From the NCBI GenBank assembly GCA_963931495.1, contig OZ007020.1:480001-512000 (forward strand): a stretch of 32,000 nucleotides of DNA, given 5' to 3'. Below are positions 23,601 through 32,000 of the stretch, in pieces (the stretch's first letter is position 1; the number at the start of each line of letters is the position of its first letter). The notes beneath the pieces were generated by a model. That model ran no database searches. It was not told the DNA's origin and was given only the letters and a program-made list of their open reading frames with translations. This DNA is from an uncultured Alphaproteobacteria bacterium. GTDB lineage: Bacteria > Pseudomonadota > Alphaproteobacteria > Rs-D84. The position numbers were made by a program, and so were the translations under genes.

Positions 23601-26395
23601 TTGTTTGCGGTTTTATATCCAATCAAATATTTTGCATTAGATGCGCGGGCGGTTATATTTGTTTGCACACTTTTGCCGGAATTTGATTCAAAGCCACGTA
23701 TATTCAGTGTTAACATATATGTTCCATTTTGGGTCGCGTCATTTATGTCAAATTTAACAGATGCATTACCATTCGCATCAGTTGTAACATCAGGAACATC
23801 GTGCGAAATTGTTTGAACACGGTTTATGGTATTGTTTGACAGTCCTGTGTCAGATATAAAATTTTGTGCAAAATTATAATCGGGATATTTGTCAAATTTA
23901 TATTGTGTCGGGGCCAGTATCGCATGAACAGATACACGTCTGTCGGATGCCGGTGTGCCGAATAAGTTGCGCAGTGATATGTTTGCCGATATATTATTTG
24001 GTGAAATCCATCCGTTTTCAGATTTGCCGGACAGTGTCGCGCTGATTTTCATCGTGTCAGGAACAAATTCTTGGACATCAAAACTGGTCATGCCCAACAT
24101 ATCTGTATTTTTATTGTTTGCGTTTATTAAATACAGGTATGTGTACCATGTGCCAAGTTGGGCGTCATCAGATATTTTATGCCGAATGTCAAACATGCCA
24201 TCTGGGGTTAATGAAAAAGTTTGTTCTGATATCATCCGTCCACGCGAATCGCGCAATTCCATTCGTACAGGTATTCCAGATAATTTGTTAAATGATTGAT
24301 TCTTTACAATTCCGGCAATTATTACTTCTTCGCCCGGCCGATATATCCCACGATCTGAAAATATATATGCGTTCAGTGGTGTGCCAGATGTTACATAGTT
24401 ACCATCAACGTCATATTTAGAATATTCTGTGCGTTGGGCATATGCATTGTATGGTATAAACGATACATCACCACCGCGACGTGCGACAATCGCCACAGGT
24501 TCACGTGCGTTTTTGTATTCTGACCATGGTAATTGCGGTATTTCGGTGTGACCGTCGGAATCAGTGCGCCCAGACCACACAGAATTGCCGTTGCGCCCCA
24601 GTACATAGATTTCAATGTCTGTGGCCGGGGTTCCGGTGGAAATATTTGAAACAAATAAGTCGGATGAAGTGTCATTGTTGACCTTGCGAATAATGCCTAA
24701 ATCAGTCAGCAGTATCAGGCGTTTATCATTAAATTCAGCAGCGTTTTCGGATGTACCGGTTTGTATTACAAAAATTCCGGTGTTGTCGCCATATGTTCGG
24801 TCCAAATAATCGCCCAAATCCAACGATGCATATTCTGTATCTATCATAGATGGATTAGCAAACGGAATTTCTTTCTGGAATACAGTGGACATATCATATA
24901 CACCAAAATTCCACGACTTGAATTCCATTGATGGGGCAAAAACATCGTATGTTTGCGAAATTAAATGATTTATTTCCCCTGATTTTATCTTGTACAAATT
25001 TACGTACGCCGTATCAACACCGCCACGCGCAACAATGCCCAGACGGCGGTCGCCAGACAATGATAACAGTGCGCCTGTACCAGCAATTGTGACAGATTGT
25101 TGGGGGTATGGTACACGCATTACCTTGGAAATGCCGGTGCGCATCTGAAAACCACTGGCCGATTTTGCGCCTGGTTTCACAGTAACATATACATATCGGT
25201 TGGCGCCGTCAGATACTTTGTACGCAAATGTATATTGATTTATTCCGTTCGGGGCAACAAAGTCTGTTTGTTTTATGTTCAGTTTGTCAGAATTGGATAA
25301 TACCTGGTCTGTTACTTCATCATTTAACCAATGATGTACCGAATTTTCCGATTTTTCTGTGTCATTGATAAAACGGGGTAATAAATAAACATCAATGTAT
25401 TCCATCCAATTAATATCAGATGCGCTGGGGACAGTGGTGTTCAGGATTATTAACTGGTGTGCATTGCCATCGGTGTCGTCGGCAACATTTGTTTCCAGTT
25501 CAGATATTTTGAATATGTTATCGGCGGATTCCAGGGTTACATCCCCAGTTATTTTTTTTGTTGATGAATCGCCATCTGTGGCATACACGCGATTTAATTT
25601 CAGATGCATGTTTTGCGGTTCGTCGGTTATTGCCACAGAATCTGAAATTATAAATGCAGTGCGATGATATTTATCAAATTTGACATTAAAGCCCAATTTT
25701 GTATCGTCCAGACGTAATGATACGCGATCGCTGAATTCAGTGGTGTCTATTTCATAATTAAATGATATTACCGCAACGCCATTTACCATGCGCTGTGCGT
25801 TTTCAGTGGCGTATATGTCAAAACTGTCAATCGTTGCAGATATCGGCGGGGTTGTAAATGATACGTTTGTGGTGTCGGGACGCACATCGTCATTAAAAAT
25901 ATCCGGATTTATTTTTATTGTGAATTTTTTATCCGCAGGCCAATTTGATTCGGGGGTAAATACAATCATTGAATCACCACGTAAATGCCATTTACCACGA
26001 ATAACCGGGGTGATTTTTATGTTTTCCGATAATTCTTTGTCAGTTAAGTTTATCTTGAATGTCGGCTGGTACGGGCCAGATTCCAGATTATATGAAATAA
26101 CCACATCCCCAGGTGCACTTAATTCACGGGCATTGTTAACGTCGGGCACATTTCCGTTGTTTGTAAACATCATGGTATTATCGTCTGTGAATGTTGACGG
26201 CGATGGGGGCGTAACATTTGCGGTCAGTTCAGAAATGCCAACGGAATTGGTGCCGATTCGTAACCAAACAAGTGTGACGACAATCCCCAACAATATTGTC
26301 GCAATAACAGATAAAACAACTTTGCCAAATCGTGAAATTTTTCGCGTGTCCATATGGCGTATGTCTTGATTGTTTGATTGCTTTCTTGATGGCAT
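20642..26395 (-). CDS. Bacterial alpha-2-macroglobulin (YfhM-like), 1917 aa, N-terminal TM anchor
   Basis: The call rests on its size, its position upstream of pbpC, the thioester-type motif YPCSEQ, and a GGGGGA SD before ATG 26395. Confidence 0.85.
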   Translation of the reverse strand: MPSRKQSNNQDIRHMDTRKISRFGKVVLSVIATILLGIVVTLVWLRIGTNSVGISELTANVTPPSPSTFTDDNTMMFTNNGNVPDVNNARELSAPGDVVISYNLESGPYQPTFKINLTDKELSENIKITPVIRGKWHLRGDSMIVFTPESNWPADKKFTIKINPDIFNDDVRPDTTNVSFTTPPISATIDSFDIYATENAQRMVNGVAVISFNYEIDTTEFSDRVSLRLDDTKLGFNVKFDKYHRTAFIISDSVAITDEPQNMHLKLNRVYATDGDSSTKKITGDVTLESADNIFKISELETNVADDTDGNAHQLIILNTTVPSASDINWMEYIDVYLLPRFINDTEKSENSVHHWLNDEVTDQVLSNSDKLNIKQTDFVAPNGINQYTFAYKVSDGANRYVYVTVKPGAKSASGFQMRTGISKVMRVPYPQQSVTIAGTGALLSLSGDRRLGIVARGGVDTAYVNLYKIKSGEINHLISQTYDVFAPSMEFKSWNFGVYDMSTVFQKEIPFANPSMIDTEYASLDLGDYLDRTYGDNTGIFVIQTGTSENAAEFNDKRLILLTDLGIIRKVNNDTSSDLFVSNISTGTPATDIEIYVLGRNGNSVWSGRTDSDGHTEIPQLPWSEYKNAREPVAIVARRGGDVSFIPYNAYAQRTEYSKYDVDGNYVTSGTPLNAYIFSDRGIYRPGEEVIIAGIVKNQSFNKLSGIPVRMELRDSRGRMISEQTFSLTPDGMFDIRHKISDDAQLGTWYTYLYLINANNKNTDMLGMTSFDVQEFVPDTMKISATLSGKSENGWISPNNISANISLRNLFGTPASDRRVSVHAILAPTQYKFDKYPDYNFAQNFISDTGLSNNTINRVQTISHDVPDVTTDANGNASVKFDINDATQNGTYMLTLNIRGFESNSGKSVQTNITARASNAKYLIGYKTANNLEYIRRNSNVNINLIALDHTANPIDANGLTMRIMKHENMTSLVKDYNNNYKYQTVSDSKLISQSNINISSAGSDINLDTKTPGTYTLQIQDSSDSILANIEYFVANDENASMETDTDADLQIKLDADEYAPGDDIAISITAPYTGTGLITIERDRVYAYKWFNTNSTSSVQHIRLPHDFSGTGYINVSFVRDITSRDIFTSPYAYAVAPFATDTSGNEINIALDVPEQISDNNLVVQYTTDAPARIMIFAINQGILQVAKYKIPNPLAHFFQKSALQVNTFQILSLLLPEYNILREFAQTGGGDYGGTDGGMGAILTNPFGRDNVPSVAFYSGILETDANIPGTYTFNIPETFDGTISVFAVASNETAVGSADTTTLVQSPIMISNNVPMAVAPNDEFNINSVITNMSGAERPDMTVSVQTNNKLELTGATTVTENIPNGTEKLFTFNARASDKLGNATITVNAQLNSESLSRASTANVSVRPTTTYVTDVKFGEINSKHTTINKSDIKLYPDFAASNLYISNGAPAMIVPLVKFLEEYEYPCSEQLVSRAIPYLTMPTNPIIGTTFDKSTAVLEDVINTLKNRQNDDGSFAMWNGNSPYTNNINPDTAYLTAYIVHFLTLAKDSGFYVPDQMFGRGIDFLRTYAGAPITDTAGAAAHAYAIYVISLNDYVTTSYIDVFTEYANENIDKWSEQLMGAYIAASYKLLHQDTLADDLISKYKTSKTDKFTYTSAFNNNVANDAMYYYVLSKHFDTNHAYKSDTIQSYISGGNYSSYTSSVIILALSGTMATDNGVHASDITVTINGQDAILTQSNGMLYTHIENNPEQIEIICDTCSRDNKIFYTLINQGYPLTAKRESNGLEIIREYYDANGNEITSGKIGDTVTVKIFARTRGGTDYADNVVITDLLPGGFIADTQSVSGDMNFAEVREDRILIYADLTRDDSIFTYTAQLGASGKFAIPAINATAMNNPQINATGDTGIFTVSE
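21962..21973 (-). other. Thioester-type motif C-S-E-Q in the A2M (canonical bacterial form is CLEQ)
   Basis: The minus-strand codons are TGT TCA GAA CAA. Both Cys and Gln are retained. Confidence 0.6.
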
Positions 26396-26557
26396 AAAAT
26401 CCCCCTGTGATGTTGTTTTTTATCATATAAGGTGATGGCAGAAAAAACAAGATAATATTTATTTTTTACGTATGTGTTTTTTTTGTGAGATTTTATTCAT
26501 TGATAAGCCGGGGGGTGGGGCGAGAATTTACTTTTTTTTTATAAAGAGGTATTATCC

Positions 26558-27190
26558 ATGGTTTACGGATATATTCGTGTTTCAACCGATCATCAAACAA
26601 CAGAAAACCAGCGTTTTGAAATTCAAAAATTTTGCGTCAAGCAAGAATTGGCCATAGATTGCTGGATAGAAGAAACAATTTCTTCAACCAAAGAATTAAG
26701 CAAGCGAAAATTAGGACGATTATTAAACAGAATACAAAAAGATGATTTGATAATTGCATCGGAATTGTCGCGCTTGGGGCGCAATTTGTTGCAAATTATG
26801 AGCATTCTGCATCATTGTATGGATATTGGTGCAAAAATATGGACGATAAAGGATAATTATCGTCTGGGCGCAGATATAACCAGTAAAGTGTTGGCGTTTG
26901 CGTTTGGGCTGTCGGCCGAAATAGAAAGAAATTTAATATCACAACGAACCAAGGAAGCATTGGCCCGATTAAAATCCGAAGGAAAGCATATCGGACGACC
27001 ATACGGCAGTCGTAATACATCTAAATTACATGGGCGCGAAAAATACATAACGCGTAAATTGGCAAATGGGGATACAAAATATGAAATCGCGCGTCGGTTA
27101 CGGGTGCACCGTGATACGTTAAACAAATTTATTGCACATAACGGGATTCAAACAGGTGTGGTTGCGAATCCGGAACATTTCAGAATCTGA
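26558..27190 (+). CDS. Small serine recombinase (resolvase/invertase family) with C-terminal HTH
   Basis: It has YGYIRVSTDHQ with the catalytic Ser, plus ASELSRLGRN and ERNLISQRTKEAL motifs. The RBS is AAGAGG. Confidence 0.85.
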   Translation: MVYGYIRVSTDHQTTENQRFEIQKFCVKQELAIDCWIEETISSTKELSKRKLGRLLNRIQKDDLIIASELSRLGRNLLQIMSILHHCMDIGAKIWTIKDNYRLGADITSKVLAFAFGLSAEIERNLISQRTKEALARLKSEGKHIGRPYGSRNTSKLHGREKYITRKLANGDTKYEIARRLRVHRDTLNKFIAHNGIQTGVVANPEHFRI

Positions 27191-29009
27191 TTTGGCCACG
27201 GGTCATTATAAAGAATTCGTCTGTGCCGTATGGATTGTCAATAAAACTGGCGGTGATTGACTTATATGATATTGAATATTCTATTGATGGGCGACCGCGC
27301 ATATCAATATTATAGTCATTATATATAATTGAACCATTTGTTGAACGACCAGACGCCAATCGCATATCAAATGATCCGGCAATAACAGTATCTGGGATTG
27401 ATACGGATATGGTCCAATCTTGGATTTGGGTTCCAAATTCAACAGATGCAGTATATATGTTTGAAAAGTTTGTGATAATGGAATTTTCAGATGCACGTGG
27501 TGCGCCAAATCCAATGCGGGCGCGTTGGAATAATTTGACGTCGCCAATGCTTTGTTCGCTGTGTGTGCCGATAAATCCGAACAATGGATTTTGGTCGCTT
27601 TGCATAAAACTGTCGCCAAACATAATGTCACTGTTCATCAATCCGATTTCAATGCCGTTGGTTGCAAATAATGTTGTTTCATTGTCGGAACGCAGGCGCA
27701 TGAATCCACGACCAGGGTTTTGGATTGTTATACTGTTGTTGATGTCTGTATCAAACGCGCGCCCATATTTATCAAAAAAGGCAAACTGGACATTGGCGTC
27801 TTTTATGTTTTTGGCAATCGTTCCCGACACACGTGCGGTTTGTAATGGGCGCATACTGCCGTTCGGCATTGGTATTAATGCCGTGCCAACCGGACGGGTT
27901 GCGCGTTCCAGATCCAGCATGCCGTGACCATATGTGCTGTCTGTGCCGGGGGCGCCGATATCGCGTGCGGTTTCAAATAATAACGATGTGATTTCTGGGG
28001 CGGACATGTATGGAAATGCTTCGCGTATTACCGCAACTGCCGCGGATACAATTGGGGTCGCAAAACTGGTGCCGGTGGCGATTGATGTGCCGGTGTTTAT
28101 ATCTGTGCCAGGGGCGGTTATGCACCAATTTTGGGTTATACCACATGCGTTACTGTAATCGGCCAATGCCCCGGTTTCACTGTCCCATGCAACGACGTTT
28201 ATAAAGTGCCCGTTCAGTTCAGGCATGACCGCGGGCATGGCGGATAAAGCACTGCTTTGTGTTTTATCATAATCATTGCCGGCCGCCCACACAAATATCG
28301 CATCACGTTTGGCGGCGTTTGATAACTGGTTAACAAAGTTTGCATCCGTAATGCGTATTAATTGTTCGCGTGATTTTAATTCTGTGGCGCGCATTGGCAC
28401 GGACCAACTGGAATTAAAAATATCTGCATCGTGGGCCGATGCGATAATGTTACCGATTTCGCGGTATGATACATATTCCATATCGTATGCAATTTTGTAT
28501 GAATCTATCTGGGCGTTTGGCGCAATTATCCCAGATGCCATTGCCGCAACGTTTCGCCCGTGCCAACTGTCCAGCCCAGTGTCCAATACCGCAATTGTTG
28601 AACCCGCGCCTGTGTATCCGCGTGCAATGGAATATGCGGCACGTATTTCATTATAGTGATTGAAATTGTCTTGATATTCCGGGGTGTGTAATATTGAATT
28701 CAGTTGCGCGTCAGTGATATCGGCGCCGACCATGTCGTATTGTGGTGTGGCAGATAAAGAATATGAATCAGATGATTGGGCTGGGGTGTTGCTGGTGCCG
28801 GCCATGCCGATTAATGCCAACGCCCCGCCCAGTACGGCAACACCGCTTAATGTCGGGGCAACCATGGACGGTGAAAATGTTGCGCACTTTTCGGGATGGG
28901 CACGACGATATTCCGAATTGGCACAATCGGGTATGTCGGTAATCGCGTTTACGGGGGATGTAAATGCGAATATAAGTACAGCGGAAAGTGCTGTGTATAA
29001 TTCTCTCAT
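27180..29009 (-). CDS. Secreted S8 subtilisin-like protease with a C-terminal ~240-aa beta-barrel/autotransporter-like domain
   Basis: The signal peptide ends VNA. The catalytic triad contexts are VLDTGLD, WHGRNVAAMASG and GTSFATPIVSAA. The C-terminus is GQIRF. Confidence 0.8.
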   Translation of the reverse strand: MRELYTALSAVLIFAFTSPVNAITDIPDCANSEYRRAHPEKCATFSPSMVAPTLSGVAVLGGALALIGMAGTSNTPAQSSDSYSLSATPQYDMVGADITDAQLNSILHTPEYQDNFNHYNEIRAAYSIARGYTGAGSTIAVLDTGLDSWHGRNVAAMASGIIAPNAQIDSYKIAYDMEYVSYREIGNIIASAHDADIFNSSWSVPMRATELKSREQLIRITDANFVNQLSNAAKRDAIFVWAAGNDYDKTQSSALSAMPAVMPELNGHFINVVAWDSETGALADYSNACGITQNWCITAPGTDINTGTSIATGTSFATPIVSAAVAVIREAFPYMSAPEITSLLFETARDIGAPGTDSTYGHGMLDLERATRPVGTALIPMPNGSMRPLQTARVSGTIAKNIKDANVQFAFFDKYGRAFDTDINNSITIQNPGRGFMRLRSDNETTLFATNGIEIGLMNSDIMFGDSFMQSDQNPLFGFIGTHSEQSIGDVKLFQRARIGFGAPRASENSIITNFSNIYTASVEFGTQIQDWTISVSIPDTVIAGSFDMRLASGRSTNGSIIYNDYNIDMRGRPSIEYSISYKSITASFIDNPYGTDEFFIMTRGQIRF

Positions 29010-29092
29010 GTTGTACTAAATATAATACATAAAAATATTTTGTCAATATTTTGTTTAGGATTATTTTTTTATGGAAGACAGCGAATTTATGC

Positions 29093-29121
29093 TTGATTTT
29101 TGCGCATTTGTGGGTTAATAT
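29093..29121 (+). promoter_or_regulatory. rpsB promoter (TTGATT-17 bp-TAATAT), followed by a ~115-nt leader
   Basis: The hexamers are at 29093-29098 and 29116-29121. Confidence 0.45.
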
Positions 29122-29237
29122 CGTGTCACACGTGTTTGCGTGAATAACACAGTCATTCGGTTAAAAGTTTCTGTCCGGTTATATAAATCGGTTTTTACCA
29201 ATGACGAGGATAACAACAGAAAACAAAGGATTTAATC

Positions 29238-30104
29238 ATGGCATTGCCAACATTTACAATGAAACAATTAATGGAAGCGGGTGTTCATTTTGGTCATCAT
29301 ACACGTCGCTGGAACCCGCTGATGACGCCGTATGTTTATGGGGTCAAAGATAAAATTCATATCATTAATTTGAATAAAACAGCACCGCTGTTGCATCGTG
29401 CGCTGGTTGCATTAGAAGCAATCGCCGCCGCCGGGGGCAAGATTTTATTCGTCGCAACAAAGCACCAGGCCAAAGATATTGTCAAAGATGCGGCCGAACG
29501 CTGTGGCCAGTTTTATGTGAATAATCGCTGGTTGGGTGGCATGTTGACAAACTGGACAACTGTTTCGCAATCAATTCGTCGCTTAAAGAAAATGGAATCC
29601 GATATTGAAAATGCGGATAAATTGGGACTGACCAAGAAAGAAGTTGGGGTTATGACCAAAGAAGTTGCCAAATTGCGCGAAATATTTGGTGGAATTCTGG
29701 AAATGCATGGCACGCCCCAGGCAATGATTGTTATTGATGTCCCACGTGAAATTAATGCGGTGCGTGAGGCAAAAATATTGGATATCCCAACAATTGCAAT
29801 TTGTGATACAAACGCAAATCCAGAATTGGTTGACTATCCAGTGCCGGGCAACGATGATGCCGCGCGTGCAACACAATTGTACTGCGATTTGTTTGTTGAT
29901 GCAATTTTGTCCGGAATTGAAAAGCGTTTGGGCGGGGCCGCCGGTAAAAAGGTTGAATCAGACATGTCGGACATCGCCGATGAATTTGAAGCGGATATGA
30001 AAGATAAAGAAGCACAACAAAAATCTAAAATGTCCGAAGCGCGCGCCGAACGTCGTGGTAAATTGATGGACAAGGCGGAAAAAGCCGAAAAAGCGGATAA
30101 ATAA
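29238..30104 (+). CDS. rpsB: 30S ribosomal protein S2
   Basis: MKQLMEAGVHFGHHTRRWNP is present, and the C-terminal tail is acidic/lysine-rich. Confidence 0.95.
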   Translation: MALPTFTMKQLMEAGVHFGHHTRRWNPLMTPYVYGVKDKIHIINLNKTAPLLHRALVALEAIAAAGGKILFVATKHQAKDIVKDAAERCGQFYVNNRWLGGMLTNWTTVSQSIRRLKKMESDIENADKLGLTKKEVGVMTKEVAKLREIFGGILEMHGTPQAMIVIDVPREINAVREAKILDIPTIAICDTNANPELVDYPVPGNDDAARATQLYCDLFVDAILSGIEKRLGGAAGKKVESDMSDIADEFEADMKDKEAQQKSKMSEARAERRGKLMDKAEKAEKADK

Positions 30105-30124
30105 TTATTCGTTATGTGTTTAAC

Positions 30125-30149
30125 GGCGATTGGTTCAACCCCAATCGCC
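30125..30149 (+). promoter_or_regulatory. Stem-loop in the rpsB-tsf spacer (9-bp stem, no T-run)
   Basis: GGCGATTGG-TTCAACC-CCAATCGCC. It may be an attenuator or processing structure. Confidence 0.35.
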
Positions 30150-30177
30150 CACAATAATTAAAAAATGGGGGAAAACA

Positions 30178-31047
30178 ATGGCAGAAATAACCGCAAAATT
30201 AATTCAAGAACTGCGTGAAAAAACATCCGCTGGGATGATGGATTGTAAAAAAGCGTTGGTTGAAAATAATGGTGATATAGAAGCCGCCGCAGATTGGCTG
30301 CGCCAAAAAGGAATTGTCAAGGCGGCATCCAAGGCCGGGCGCGTCGCTGCATCTGGGTTGGTTACGGTTGTAAAATGTGACGATATGGGATGCGTCGTAG
30401 AAGTTAATGCGGAAACTGATTTCGTTGCAAAAAATGAAAAATTCCAACAGTTGGTCGCAGATGTTGCAAATAAGGCCGCTGAATTCAAAGGTGACTTTGA
30501 CGCAACATTGAACGCCGTTAAAGATGATATCGCAAATGCAATTTCAACGATTGGTGAAAATATGAATCTGCGCCGTATTGCCAAGGTTACAGGTGATCAT
30601 ATTTACACATATATTCACAATGCCATGGTTCCAGGAATGGGGCAGATTGGTGTTGTGGTTGCGATTAACGGTGATTCTGAAAAAATTGACGAAATCGGCA
30701 ATAAAATCGCAATGCATATCGCGGCAAATAAACCAGAATTTATGACGATTGACGATGTTGATGCGGCGGCTGTGGAACGTGAAAAAAAGATTTTCATTGA
30801 ATCTGGGGCCACGGCTGGTAAACCAGAAAACGTTGTGGAAAAAATGGTTGAAGGCCGTATACATAAGTTTTATGCGGAAACTGTATTGGAAGAACAACCG
30901 TTTGTTATGGATCCGTCAAAAACAGTAAAGCAAGTTGTTGAAGAAGCAGGTGGCAAGTTGGCTGGGTTCGCGTATTTCGTTCTGGGCGAAGGTATCCAGA
31001 AACGCGAAGACAACTTGGCCGATGAAGTCGCGAAAATGTTGTCGTAA
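30178..31047 (+). CDS. tsf: Elongation factor Ts
   Basis: The sequence MAEITAKLIQELREKTSAGMMDCKKAL is typical of EF-Ts. ATG 30178 follows a GGGGGA SD, which I prefer to the TTG at 30130. Confidence 0.95.
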   Translation: MAEITAKLIQELREKTSAGMMDCKKALVENNGDIEAAADWLRQKGIVKAASKAGRVAASGLVTVVKCDDMGCVVEVNAETDFVAKNEKFQQLVADVANKAAEFKGDFDATLNAVKDDIANAISTIGENMNLRRIAKVTGDHIYTYIHNAMVPGMGQIGVVVAINGDSEKIDEIGNKIAMHIAANKPEFMTIDDVDAAAVEREKKIFIESGATAGKPENVVEKMVEGRIHKFYAETVLEEQPFVMDPSKTVKQVVEEAGGKLAGFAYFVLGEGIQKREDNLADEVAKMLS

Positions 31048-31073
31048 TTGGCAACTGTTTGGTTATAAAAAAG

Positions 31074-31097
31074 TCCGGCTGGTTGCCGGATTTTTTT
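31074..31097 (+). terminator. Intrinsic terminator of tsf
   Basis: TCCGGC-TGGTT-GCCGGA is followed by TTTTTTT. Confidence 0.8.
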
Positions 31098-31156
31098 ATT
31101 ATTTTTCTGGAAAAACAGTGGGGTGCGTGGTATTTTATTAACATAAGGATTTGGTG

Positions 31157-31546
31157 ATGGACAGATACAAAATTCATGACATAAAATATTATGATGTTGG
31201 TGCGAATTTATTCTTGGGACAAAATGGTCAAATCGTGCGGAATCAAATCGTGCCATTGGATTTTGTTTACGGATTACGCCCCGGGGATGTTGTTCGTGGA
31301 CTGGGGCGACGTGATTTGATGTCATATCACACCGCATTTTCATGTCGGGGGCGGCTGTATTTGGTGCTGGAACCAATGGGCGATGGATACAGAGACTATG
31401 TGTCACGATTTTTTGATGCGGGTGACAGAATTTATTTTGGATATGCGTTGGCGCGGAATTTGATTTCGCGTGGAATTATGCCAACATTAGATACTGCAAA
31501 AAATCTGGGGTTGTTTTTAGATGGACGCACAGGTAAAATAAGATAA
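31157..31546 (+). CDS. Hypothetical protein (~129 aa)
   Basis: An AAGGA SD lies 6 nt before ATG 31157. The amino-acid composition looks protein-like, but I recognise no motif. Confidence 0.5.
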   Translation: MDRYKIHDIKYYDVGANLFLGQNGQIVRNQIVPLDFVYGLRPGDVVRGLGRRDLMSYHTAFSCRGRLYLVLEPMGDGYRDYVSRFFDAGDRIYFGYALARNLISRGIMPTLDTAKNLGLFLDGRTGKIR

Positions 31547-31571
31547 AGGTCATTTTAAGCAGGGGTACGTT

Positions 31572-32000
31572 ATGCAAAACGAATTATTACGGGAACTGGA
31601 ATTACGTGGATTTATTAACCAGTCATCCAATATAGATGGTTTGAATGATGCGCTGAATGCGGGACGCGTTGTGGGATATTGGGGAACCGACCCAACCGGG
31701 GATTCTTTGCATGTTGGGCATTTGGCGTCATTAATGTTAATGCGGTGGTTTCAGAAATATGGGCACAAGCCGATTTTACTGGTTGGTGGGGCAACTGGAC
31801 GTATCGGCGACCCGTCGGGGCGTGACAAGGGGCGCCCAATGCTAACCGATGAACAAATTGAACATAATTGTGCCGGGTTGCGTCGGTCTATTTCAAAGTT
31901 TATCCAGTTTGGCGATGGCGATACAGATGCCATTATGGTTGATAATAATGATTGGATGAAAAATTATGGCCATATGGAATTTTTGCGTGAGTATGGAACG
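31572..32000 (+). CDS. tyrS: Tyrosyl-tRNA synthetase, N-terminal 143 aa (3' end outside window)
   Basis: It translates from ATG 31572 as ...GTDPTGDSLHVGHLASL...LLVGGATGRIGDPSGR, containing the HIGH motif HVGH. The ORF is open-ended and so absent from the track. Confidence 0.9.
   Translation, partial: MQNELLRELELRGFINQSSNIDGLNDALNAGRVVGYWGTDPTGDSLHVGHLASLMLMRWFQKYGHKPILLVGGATGRIGDPSGRDKGRPMLTDEQIEHNCAGLRRSISKFIQFGDGDTDAIMVDNNDWMKNYGHMEFLREYGT

Noticed and set aside
26396-26557. hix/gix-like or Tn3/gamma-delta res-like sites for the serine recombinase.
   Set aside because: Only generic A+T-rich sequence (for example GATAATATTTATT) is present. No convincing dyad or paired inverted repeats were found by eye, so a computational search is needed.
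29122-29237. The rpsB 5' leader as a known S2-binding regulatory RNA.
   Set aside because: A long-range pairing GTCATT(C)GGT / ACCAATGAC is visible. However, I cannot match it to the described rpsB leader structure from memory, so it is left unannotated.
30130-30177. TTG start at 30130 for tsf.
   Set aside because: It would translate through the intergenic stem-loop. The canonical MAEITA... start at ATG 30178 has a GGGGGA SD.
30870-31406. 178-aa minus-strand ORF.
   Set aside because: It overlaps the 3' end of tsf, the tsf terminator and the plus-strand hypothetical gene. Its composition is not protein-like.

Overview
This is a chromosomal window from a moderately A+T-rich Gram-negative bacterium. 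The housekeeping protein motifs look alphaproteobacterial, but that is inference from memory with no search run. Housekeeping genes are clpB (3' part), an MsbA-like ABC exporter, tRNA-Ala, rpsU, polA, pth, tRNA-Leu, rpsB-tsf and tyrS (5' part). They are interleaved with envelope and secreted accessory genes. These include an alpha-2-macroglobulin/pbpC operon, a convergent three-gene cluster of signal-peptide/outer-membrane proteins, and an S8 subtilase with a C-terminal beta-barrel-like domain. They also include an orphan small serine recombinase, a small 8-strand-type OMP, a DUF805 membrane protein, and three loci encoding cysteine-rich secreted proteins with eukaryote-like C-T-x-C-P repeats; one of these is a 1064-aa protein with a G+C-rich Ser/Thr/Arg/Ala tract. 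Five observations deserve most attention. (1) An attenuator-like leader at 1650-1866 has a mini-ORF starting M-C-C-C-C, three CTCCAACCA boxes giving mutually exclusive hairpins, and an intrinsic terminator. (2) A 35-bp direct repeat lies 1030 bp apart and brackets an apparent phage remnant, creating a chimeric capsid-fragment::Cys-rich ORF. (3) Three perfect 91-bp tandem repeats each carry the first 24 nt of tRNA-Ala immediately upstream of the intact tRNA-Ala(UGC). (4) A type-II tRNA-Leu reads as anticodon AAG, which is unusual for bacteria. (5) The uncharacterised outer-membrane gene trio abuts the A2M/PBP1C operon. No CRISPR array, transposase or recognisable defence system was seen. All family calls rest on motif recognition by eye and need database confirmation.
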